From NCBI GenBank assembly GCA_009699565.1, contig WLNX01000001.1, positions 1-28,498 of the forward strand: a DNA stretch of 28,498 bases. The letters run 5' to 3'. The notes below the pieces were generated by a model. It saw nothing but the letters and a program-made list of their open reading frames with translations. It was not told where the DNA came from and made no database searches. The stretch comes from Actinomycetota bacterium. GTDB taxonomy: Bacteria; Actinomycetota; Thermoleophilia; Solirubrobacterales; Solirubrobacteraceae. A program made the position numbers and the translations under genes. Each line of letters opens with the position of its first letter. Positions within the stretch are counted from its first letter, which is position 1. Of this stretch, positions 16,934 through 25,443 are shown piece by piece.

Positions 16934-17646
16934 TGCAGCTCGGCCGTCCGCATCTTCACCTGCAGAGCATCGGGTCGACCAACCAACGCGCCCGCGAACT
17001 TGCCGCCGCAGGAGCTCCCCACGGCACGTTGGTGACCGCCGATCACCAGACGGCAGGACGAGGTCGCCAAGGTCGCGACTGGGTAGCCCCGCCCGGCTCG
17101 TCGGCGCTGATCTCGGTCGTGCTCAGGGACCCGCCCGCGCTGCTGCCGCTGATCGCTGCGGTGGCGGTAGCTGAAAGCTGCGGGCCGCAGGCCCAGATCA
17201 AGTGGCCAAACGACATCCTGATCGAGGACAGTCAGGGCCGGCTCGGCAAGGTTGCCGGCATCCTCTGCGAAGGCCGCCCGCAGGAAGGCTGGGGCGTTGT
17301 CGGAATCGGCATCAATGTCGCGCTCGATCTTGACGCCGCTCCCGAGGAGATTCGCACGACTGCGGCGACGCTCGCACTGGAGCCCTCGGCCCGTCGCCTG
17401 ATCGTCGCCCAAACGGTGGCGGCGCTCGGTGCTGCCTTGCTGCTCCCGCCCGATCTGATCCTTGAACGCTGGCGCCAGCGGGATGCTCTGGCTGGCAGTC
17501 AGGTCTCCTGGCAGACGGCGGGCGGCCTGCAGCACGGAACGGCAATCGGGGTTGGCGGCGACGGGGCGCTTCGGGTAGAGAGCTCGGACGGGGAAGAGCT
17601 GGAACTTGACGGCGGCGAGGTCCACCTCGAGCCGGCAGGCGACTAG
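16933..17646 (+). CDS. birA: Biotin--[acetyl-CoA carboxylase] ligase, monofunctional (no N-terminal HTH)
   Basis: GSTN, ADHQTAGRGRQGR.W, IKWPND, KVAGILCE and VGIGINV. TGATG overlap with DUF62. Confidence 0.95.
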   Translation: MQLGRPHLHLQSIGSTNQRARELAAAGAPHGTLVTADHQTAGRGRQGRDWVAPPGSSALISVVLRDPPALLPLIAAVAVAESCGPQAQIKWPNDILIEDSQGRLGKVAGILCEGRPQEGWGVVGIGINVALDLDAAPEEIRTTAATLALEPSARRLIVAQTVAALGAALLLPPDLILERWRQRDALAGSQVSWQTAGGLQHGTAIGVGGDGALRVESSDGEELELDGGEVHLEPAGD

Positions 17647-20195
17647 GCCGCGGCCTGGTCCTCGGTAGTGCCGTCGGGCTCGGGCCCGCCGGGATCGTCC
17701 GCCTTTGACTGGCGGCCATTGGCCGCGTTTGCTCCGTTTGCCGCCTCCGTGCCGGGAGCCTTGGCGCCGCTGCGGCGACGGCGACGACTGCGATTGCGGC
17801 GCCCCTTGCCCTTGGGGAAGTTGCGCAGCAGTTCGCGCGAGCAGGCGCCCGGCTTGCGCGCCAGACGTGTCCGGGCGCCGCGCAGGACCTCTTCGGCCTC
17901 GGGCGTGTGAGCGACGGCGGCCGCCAAGACCGCAACCTGAAGACGGCGGTCCTGCTCGCGGATCGCCTGCACCAGCCGGCGCGCGTTACGGGCGTGCGCT
18001 CCACCTGACGAATTGACGAGAAGGCCAAGGAGGCGCTTGGTTTCAGGCCAGCGCTGAACCGCGTACTGCTCGTGCAGCTCGCGTGTGTAGTCGGCGAGGC
18101 GCCAGATCCACCCGGTCGCCTGGTCGCGGCCGCCGATCCGCTTGTCGGCGAGCGCCTGCAGACAAACCTTCGAGCCTTCGCGGCGCTGCTCCTTGTTCCA
18201 GCCCTCGATCATCTCGACGGCAAGGTCGAACGCCTCCGGATCCTTCAGTGCGGCGATCTCCTGCAAGGCGCGAATCCGCAGCGCGGAGTGCTCGTTGCGC
18301 TCCACAACCGTCAGCAGGAAGCGGCGCTTGAGCTCGCCGGTGCGGTCGAACTGGAGCATTGCTCGCGCCCGGCGCCAGCCGCTCGGAGCGACGCGCGCGC
18401 CGGCCAAGGCGGCCCACATGTGCTTCTCGCCGAAGTCCAGATTCTCGACGCCGATCCGCCAGAGCTCGCGCTCGAACACTTCGTGACGGCGCTCTTCACC
18501 GGCGGTCACCGGAAGCACGCGGCGCTCGACGCGCACGCGGCGGCCGCGGCCGCGCCTCACCGGCCCGACGACGATCGCGCCCCCTCGGTAGACGTCGCGC
18601 TCGAGCAGCGAGTGGAGCGTCACGACCGGGTCGTCGTGGCGGGTCGCCGGGTGGACGAAGTCGACCACTACGCCGGCCTCCTTGCCGGGGTGGCGGCGGG
18701 TGACGCGGCCGACGCGCTGCTGGTAGATCCTCTTTGAGGCGGTCGGGGCAAGGTGCATGCAGACGGTCGCGCGGGGGCTGTTCCATCCCTCAGCCAGAAG
18801 CTGCGCGTTGACGAGAACATCGATGTCGCCGGCCTCGTAGCGGGCGAGGATCTCGGCCAGTTCGCGCTTGGGCGTCTCGCCGGAGACGGCCTCGGCCTTG
18901 ATGTTGAGGTTGCGGAACGCTTCAGCGACGTTGTAGGCGTGCTGCACCCCGGCCGTGTAGACGACGCCCGGCACGCCGTTGAAGCGCGTGTTGTAGAGGT
19001 CGGCTATCGCCATGTTGAAAGGCGTCTGGTCGAGCAGCTCGGCGAGCATCTCCTGATCGAACTCGATGTCCACCTCGCCCTTGCGGAGCGGCACGTTCGC
19101 GATCGTGCGAACCCCCGGACCGGGGGGAATCCGCAGGCACCGCAGCGGGGAGATGACTCCGCGGCGAGCGGCCTGCGCCAGGTCAAAGCGGGAAGTTTGG
19201 GTGGGAAAGAGATCGGTGACGTGGCGCGCAATCAGCGCACCGGTAGCGGTCATGCCGATGAAGACCGGTCCGGTCCACTCGCGGATTGCGGCGCTCGTCT
19301 TCTCCCCCAGCGCCGTATGAGCCTCGTCGCAGATCACGATCGTGTAAGCGCTGGAGATGTTGCCGGCGTTGCGGACGAACCACTGGTAGGTCTCGACCGT
19401 TACGGGACCAGACAGATCGAGTCCCTCGTCACCGAGCAGCGGCCCACAGATGCGACTGGAATAGCCGCGGGTTCGAATCTCGTCGTTGAACTGGTCAACG
19501 AGGTTGCGGCGGTGGGTGAGGATCAGAATCCCTCCGGTGCGGGACGCATCAACGAAGCCCATAGCGGCGACCGTCTTGCCCGCGCCGGTTGCGTGTTCAA
19601 ACCAGAAGCGCTTGTCGGCGTTTGGATCGTCAAGCGCTTCGGAGTCGATGTCCTCGTCGGTGGCGTCCGGGGACTCGATCTGATCAACCTCCACCTCGAT
19701 CTCTTCGATCTCCTCGTCGCCCTCCTCGTCCTCGTCCTCGGCGTGTTCCTCGTCGAGCGCCGCGAGCTCGGCTGCGAGTTCCTCGTCGTCGGGTGCAATC
19801 TCCTCCAGCGGCTGCTCGCCAACGTCAAAGACCGGCTCAGCGATCTCAAGGTCGTCGGTCTTCATCCGGGCCGCAAGCAGGGCGGTCAGGGTTCCCGACA
19901 GCGCGTCAACCTGGTGCGGGTTGAGCACGGTGCCGTCGGCGAGGTGTGGCTCCTCCTCGCTGAGGACGCGCTCGAGGCCAAGCAGCAGCGACCACGCCCT
20001 GCGCCACTTGGTTGAGGGAAGCTTCGCTCCTTCGTCGAGCTCCTCGAGTGCCGACCAGAGAGCGCGCGCCCTTGGCGTGCCGGGAGCGAGGGCGACTTCG
20101 ACCGCTTCGCCCGGATGGACGAATCGCTCCAACGTGAACGCTTCAGCGCGCTCTATCTCTTTGCCGGTAGGAACCGGTCCGGCCGCTTGGGCCAC
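17643..20195 (-). CDS. SF2 DEAH-box helicase (ResIII/Irc3/RadD-like core) with acidic insert and long C-terminal extension
   Basis: Walker A HATGAGKT, DEAH, motif III MTAT, LLAEGWN and motif VI QRVGRVTR. GTG start at 20195. Confidence 0.88.
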   Translation of the reverse strand: MAQAAGPVPTGKEIERAEAFTLERFVHPGEAVEVALAPGTPRARALWSALEELDEGAKLPSTKWRRAWSLLLGLERVLSEEEPHLADGTVLNPHQVDALSGTLTALLAARMKTDDLEIAEPVFDVGEQPLEEIAPDDEELAAELAALDEEHAEDEDEEGDEEIEEIEVEVDQIESPDATDEDIDSEALDDPNADKRFWFEHATGAGKTVAAMGFVDASRTGGILILTHRRNLVDQFNDEIRTRGYSSRICGPLLGDEGLDLSGPVTVETYQWFVRNAGNISSAYTIVICDEAHTALGEKTSAAIREWTGPVFIGMTATGALIARHVTDLFPTQTSRFDLAQAARRGVISPLRCLRIPPGPGVRTIANVPLRKGEVDIEFDQEMLAELLDQTPFNMAIADLYNTRFNGVPGVVYTAGVQHAYNVAEAFRNLNIKAEAVSGETPKRELAEILARYEAGDIDVLVNAQLLAEGWNSPRATVCMHLAPTASKRIYQQRVGRVTRRHPGKEAGVVVDFVHPATRHDDPVVTLHSLLERDVYRGGAIVVGPVRRGRGRRVRVERRVLPVTAGEERRHEVFERELWRIGVENLDFGEKHMWAALAGARVAPSGWRRARAMLQFDRTGELKRRFLLTVVERNEHSALRIRALQEIAALKDPEAFDLAVEMIEGWNKEQRREGSKVCLQALADKRIGGRDQATGWIWRLADYTRELHEQYAVQRWPETKRLLGLLVNSSGGAHARNARRLVQAIREQDRRLQVAVLAAAVAHTPEAEEVLRGARTRLARKPGACSRELLRNFPKGKGRRNRSRRRRRSGAKAPGTEAANGANAANGRQSKADDPGGPEPDGTTEDQAAA

Positions 20196-20333
20196 TAGAA
20201 ATCAGCCATCTTGCTTAGGGCAATAAAGAGGCGGGAAGCGGAGCAAGTTACCGGCACCACCACCCACAAGCCGGGAACCGCCCGGAGCGGACACTGGAAG
20301 TCTCTCACTCGAGACAGACGCAGTGTGCCACTA

Positions 20334-20339
20334 ATTATA
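20334..20339 (-). promoter_or_regulatory. Consensus -10 box TATAAT driving the helicase leader
   Basis: A perfect TATAAT on the minus strand in a GC-rich background, about 140 nt upstream of the helicase start. The position 17 nt upstream reads TTCAGG (weak -35). Confidence 0.65.
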
Positions 20340-20365
20340 CCGCACCACTGTGCGATCCTGAAGAG

Positions 20366-20959
20366 ATGAAGATTGCTGCAACAGTCCTCGTCGGGCTCGC
20401 CGTCGTCGCGGCGCTCGTGATCGGCCTGACCCAAGCCGGAAGCCGGACGGGCAGCGAACCGTCAACGGCAACCGGCGCGCCGACCGCCGCTCAGGCCTCG
20501 CGCTTCCTCCAAGGCTCCCCGGCGGCACTCGCGGCGCTCCACGCACAGGGGTCCGAGATCCTCCCGGGCGGCCCCGCTGGGCTCAAGGAGCGAATGCGTG
20601 CGCTACGCGGATTTCCGCTCGTCATCAACGTCTGGGCGTCGTGGTGCGGGCCCTGTCGCCAGGAGATGCCGGTGCTCCAGAAGGTTTCGGTAAGCCGCGG
20701 CCGCAAGATCGCCTTCCTCGGCGTAAACCTCAAGGACAACACGCCCGCTGCGCGGAGGCTGCTGCGCGAGTTTCCGGTCGCCTACCCCAGCTACCAGGAT
20801 CCGGACGGCAAGATCTACAACGCCAACAGACTGGCGGGTGCTCCCTCGATGCTCTTCTACTCGGCGTCCGGCAAGCGCCAGTACATCCACTCTGGTCCCT
20901 ACCTGAGCACCAAGGACCTGAATGTCGACATCGACCGCTACGCGGTCGCTCCCAAGTGA
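20366..20959 (+). CDS. TlpA/ResA/CcmG-family membrane-anchored thiol-disulfide oxidoreductase
   Basis: N-terminal hydrophobic anchor, VINVWASWCGPCRQEMP, FLGVN and PSYQDPDG. Confidence 0.9.
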   Translation: MKIAATVLVGLAVVAALVIGLTQAGSRTGSEPSTATGAPTAAQASRFLQGSPAALAALHAQGSEILPGGPAGLKERMRALRGFPLVINVWASWCGPCRQEMPVLQKVSVSRGRKIAFLGVNLKDNTPAARRLLREFPVAYPSYQDPDGKIYNANRLAGAPSMLFYSASGKRQYIHSGPYLSTKDLNVDIDRYAVAPK

Positions 20960-21387
20960 CGCTGCAGATCCGCAAGACTCTGAGCTTGGAGGAGGTCGAA
21001 GCGGCAATCGCGCTGCGGACCGAGGTCTTCGTGGAGGAGCAGGGCGTTCCGCTGGAAGAGGAACTCGACGGCCTTGACCCGCAGGCAATCCACGTGATCG
21101 TTTTGAGCGACGACAGGGTTGTCGCGACCTGCCGGCTGGTCTCCGACGGCCGGCTTGTCAAGCTCGGCAGGATGGTCGTCGCCGCCGACTTCCGCGGCCG
21201 CGGCATTGCCACCCGGCTGCTCGCCTTCTGCGATCAGGAGGCGGCCGCTCTCGGCGCGACCGAAGTAAGGCTCGCCGCCCAGTGCTACGTGATCGCGCTC
21301 TACGAGAAGTCCGGCTACATCGCATACGGCGAGGTCTTTCCCGACGCGGGCATTGACCATCGCTGGATGAGCAAACAGATCGCGTGA
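20956..21387 (+). CDS. GNAT N-acetyltransferase (ElaA/YjcF-like)
   Basis: LRTEVFVEEQGVP..EELDGLD, KLGRMVV, FRGRGIA, AQCYVIALYEKSGY and DAGIDHRWM. GTGA overlap with tlpA. Confidence 0.9.
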   Translation: MTLQIRKTLSLEEVEAAIALRTEVFVEEQGVPLEEELDGLDPQAIHVIVLSDDRVVATCRLVSDGRLVKLGRMVVAADFRGRGIATRLLAFCDQEAAALGATEVRLAAQCYVIALYEKSGYIAYGEVFPDAGIDHRWMSKQIA

Positions 21388-21401
21388 GAGTGGACTGAGC
21401 G

Positions 21402-22331
21402 ATGATCGCGGTTGCGTTCACGAGCCTTCTGGCGCTGCTGATTGGCGTTGGATCTGAGCGTCGCTGGGGTGAGGGGGCACTGACGCTCTCGAAGCGCCTG
21501 CTCGACCTGCTGGCCTATGTCGCTCTGCCGGTAGTCGTCTTCTTCACGGTCAACTCGCTGGCCTTCACCAAGGGGGTCGGTGCCGGGCTGGTCTTTGGCT
21601 GGACAGAGCGGATCGTCGTGATCCTGCTGGCCTGGCTGATCGGTTCGCGGCTGCTTCGCCTCCCGAGGGCCGGGACCGGAGCGATGATGATCGCCGTTGG
21701 GCTCGCGAATACCGGCCACCTCGGGATCCCGCTCGTCGCGCTGCTGCTGGGCAGCGAGAAGGTCGGCCTCGCAGTGACCTACGACACCGCCGTCACCGCA
21801 CCGCTGATCCTGATCGGCGGGTTCGCGATCGGCGCCGCCTTCGGCGAGCGTGCCGGCGACACCGGGCTCCAGCGCCTGCGCTCGTTCGTGATCCGCAACC
21901 CGGCACTGCTCGCGCTGATCGCAGCGCTGCTGCTGCCCGCTTCGTTCACCCCGGCCTGGGCGCACGATCTGGCGACGTTCCTGGCCGTGGCGATCGCCCC
22001 GATTGGGTTCTTTGCGCTGGGCGTCAACCTGATGATCGAGCACGACCAGTCGGGGACGCGGATCTTCCCGCCCGAGCTGACCGCGCCGGTCGCCGTCGCG
22101 CTGGGCCTGCGACTGCTGGTGGCGCCGGGGGTGATGCTCGGGCTGTCGAACTTCGTGATTGAGGTTCCCACCACCTTCCTGATCCAAGCCGGGATGGCGA
22201 GCGGTGTGACCGGGCTGGCAATCGGCCACATCTTCGGGCTCAACATGAAGATCATCGTCGGTGCGATCGCTTGGAGCACAGCGATCATCGTCGTTGCCGC
22301 CTGCGTCGTCGGGCTCGTCGGCGGGCTGTAG
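21402..22331 (+). CDS. AEC (auxin efflux carrier)-family secondary transporter
   Basis: About 10 hydrophobic segments, YVALP, ANTGHLGIPL, FVIRNP and IQAGMAS. Confidence 0.82.
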   Translation: MIAVAFTSLLALLIGVGSERRWGEGALTLSKRLLDLLAYVALPVVVFFTVNSLAFTKGVGAGLVFGWTERIVVILLAWLIGSRLLRLPRAGTGAMMIAVGLANTGHLGIPLVALLLGSEKVGLAVTYDTAVTAPLILIGGFAIGAAFGERAGDTGLQRLRSFVIRNPALLALIAALLLPASFTPAWAHDLATFLAVAIAPIGFFALGVNLMIEHDQSGTRIFPPELTAPVAVALGLRLLVAPGVMLGLSNFVIEVPTTFLIQAGMASGVTGLAIGHIFGLNMKIIVGAIAWSTAIIVVAACVVGLVGGL

Positions 22332-22334
22332 GCT
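22329..22334 (+). promoter_or_regulatory. Putative -10 box (TAGGCT) of a leaderless dtd transcript, overlapping the upstream stop codon
   Basis: TAGGCT-caggctc-ATG(22342). Confidence 0.5.
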
Positions 22335-22341
22335 CAGGCTC

Positions 22342-22770
22342 ATGCGAGCCCTGATCCAGCGCGTCAGCAGGGCATCGGTGCGCGCTGACGGAACCGAGAC
22401 GGGCCGAATTGGCGCCGGCCTCTGCGTGCTGCTTGGGGTCGGGCCCGGAGACGACGAGGAGTGCTGCGACCGTCTGGCGGACAAAGTTCTAGCGCTGCGA
22501 ATCTTTGAGGATTCCGAAGGGAAGATGAGCGAGTCGCTCGGCGAGCGGGGAATCCTCTGCGTCAGCCAGTTCACCCTTTACGCCGACACGCGCAAGGGCA
22601 ACCGCCCAAGCTTCACCGGCGCAGCCCCGCCGGAGCTGGCGGAGCCGCTCTACGACCGCTTCTGTGATCGGGTGGGCGCCCAGCGCGGAGTCTTCGGCGC
22701 GGCGATGGAGGTGGAGCTCGTCAACGACGGACCGGTAACGCTAATGCTCGAGGCGGAGCCCCGCGCATGA
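22342..22770 (+). CDS. dtd: D-aminoacyl-tRNA deacylase
   Basis: MRALIQRVSRASV, LRIFED..GKM, VSQFTL, KGNRPSF, GVFGA.MEVELVNDGPVT (Gly-Pro motif). Confidence 0.96.
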   Translation: MRALIQRVSRASVRADGTETGRIGAGLCVLLGVGPGDDEECCDRLADKVLALRIFEDSEGKMSESLGERGILCVSQFTLYADTRKGNRPSFTGAAPPELAEPLYDRFCDRVGAQRGVFGAAMEVELVNDGPVTLMLEAEPRA

Positions 22771-22809
22771 GCCCGCGCGACCCCGCGTCGTCGCGCCTGC
22801 GAAGCTCTT

Positions 22810-23433
22810 GTGATGGCTCCTGAACCAAGAATGGTGCCGCGCTTCGCGGCCGAACCTCCCCACGAACACCTCCCCTCCGGCCGCTGGGCGCTGAAGCTGC
22901 AGCAGGTCTTCATCGAGGCCTGTGCCGCAATCGAACCTGACGACGGCGCCGAAATGGGGCAGATCGGCGAGATCGCCTGGTTTCCTGACCGCACATGGCA
23001 CGGGCGCTCCTACATCCCGGCCGTTGCAAGCACCTCGAACGGACTCGAAGTCTTCGGCTACATCGCCCACACGCAGAATGCCGAAGGCGACCAGGACCTG
23101 ACGGCCGTCGCCGACGTGACCGCGCAGACCGCCGCAGACAACCCCGACTGGACAATTGATCTCTGCGAGGAGGTCGTCGGCTCGTGGCGCGGCGAAACCG
23201 ATTCGGTCGCTGCAATGACGCTCGTCTGGGGCCGCCCGCTTGGCGGCGAAGCGAAGATCGCCGTAGCGGAACTTGCCGGCCTCTGCGTGGACCAATGCGA
23301 ACTGGTCGACGACCGCTTCACGCTGCTGGCACCGGACGACTACCGCAGCGACACGCTTGAGATCGCCTGCTTTGACGGCGGCGGCCGCGAGGTTGCGCGC
23401 GAGTCGCTCTACGAAGACGACGACAGCGAGTAG
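22810..23433 (+). CDS. Hypothetical acidic protein (about 207 aa)
   Basis: Uninterrupted ORF with GC3-biased codons filling the gap between dtd and oppF. No motif recognised. Start could be 22810, 22813 or 22831. Confidence 0.75.
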   Translation: MMAPEPRMVPRFAAEPPHEHLPSGRWALKLQQVFIEACAAIEPDDGAEMGQIGEIAWFPDRTWHGRSYIPAVASTSNGLEVFGYIAHTQNAEGDQDLTAVADVTAQTAADNPDWTIDLCEEVVGSWRGETDSVAAMTLVWGRPLGGEAKIAVAELAGLCVDQCELVDDRFTLLAPDDYRSDTLEIACFDGGGREVARESLYEDDDSE

Positions 23434-23437
23434 CGAA

Positions 23438-24450
23438 CTACTTAGGAAGCAGTGCTGTCGCCTCGGCCTGGTCGAGCGGGAAGTGGCAGGCGACCATCGA
23501 CCCGTTGACCTGCTCGGCCAGCGGCGGCTCCTGCTGCGAGCAGAGCGCCTGAGCCTTTGGGCAGCGGGTGTGGAAGCGGCACCCGGCAGGAGGCGCGCTC
23601 GGCGACGGCACGTCGCCCTTGAGCACCGGCCGACGGCCGACGGAGCTGATTGACGGGTCGGGGATTGGCACCGAAGCCAGCAGTGCGCCGGTGTAGGGGT
23701 GGCGGGGCTCGGTGAAGCAGATCTCGGAAGCGGTCAGCTCAACGATCTTGCCGAGGTACATCACCGCGATCCGGTCGCACATGTGACGCACGACGCTCAG
23801 ATCATGGGCGATGAAGATCAGCGTCAGCCCGAGCTCGCTCTGGAGATCTTGGAGAAGGTTGATGATCTGGGCCTGAATCGAAACGTCAAGCGCCGAAACC
23901 GGCTCGTCGGCCACCAGCAGCTTCGGCTTCAGCGCGATCGCCCGCGCAACCCCGATCCGTTGGCGCTGACCACCCGAGAACTGGTGCGGGTAACGGTTGT
24001 AATGCTCGGGGTTGAGGCCGACCCTGTCCATCAGATCGCGCACCTCCCTGCGACGCTCGTCGGCACTAGAAGCGAGTCCGTGGATGATGAACGGCTCGGC
24101 GATGATCGAGCCGACCGTCTTGCGCGGGTTCAGCGACGAGTACGGATCCTGAAAGACCATCTGAGCATCGCGGCGCAGCGGCGCAAGCTCGCGGCGCCCG
24201 CTGTGGGTGATGTCCTCGCCTTCGAACAGCACTTGGCCGCCGGTCGGTTCCAGCAGCCGCATGATCAGCCTGCCGGTCGTGCTCTTCCCGCAGCCCGACT
24301 CCCCGACAAGGCCAAAGGTTTCGCCGCGTCCGACGCTGAACGAGACGCCGTCGACTGCGCGGACAGCGCCGTATTGACGCTGCAGAACGACGCCTCGCGT
24401 CAGCGGGAAGTGCATCTCGAGGTCACGTACTTCAACGAGTGGATCGCCGC

Positions 24451-24454
<4 letters not shown>
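23438..24454 (-). CDS. oppF: Oligopeptide/dipeptide ABC transporter ATP-binding subunit (OppF-like)
   Basis: [32 protein letters not shown] and C-terminal GCRFHTRCP...C...C. Confidence 0.95.

Positions 24455-25439
<985 letters not shown>

Positions 25440-25443
<4 letters not shown>

Noticed and set aside
19680-19800. TCCTCG/TCGTCC short tandem repeats
   Set aside because: They reflect Glu/Asp codons of the helicase acidic insert, not a DNA repeat element or CRISPR array.
18753-20015. 420-aa plus-strand ORF
   Set aside because: Antisense shadow of the helicase with no motifs or start signals.
17643-20195. Helicase as a restriction or anti-phage defence component
   Set aside because: No nuclease motif was recognised, and there is no adjacent methyltransferase, specificity subunit or other defence gene.
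21315-22574. 419-aa minus-strand ORF (also 10768-11976 and 17643-region Arg-rich ORFs)
   Set aside because: These lie opposite membrane-protein or other well-supported genes. The Arg/Asp/Gln/His-rich composition is the typical antisense reading of hydrophobic codons.
22775-22796. 7-bp hairpin GCGCGAC/GTCGCGC after dtd as a terminator
   Set aside because: There is no U-tract, and such GC stems arise often by chance at this base composition.
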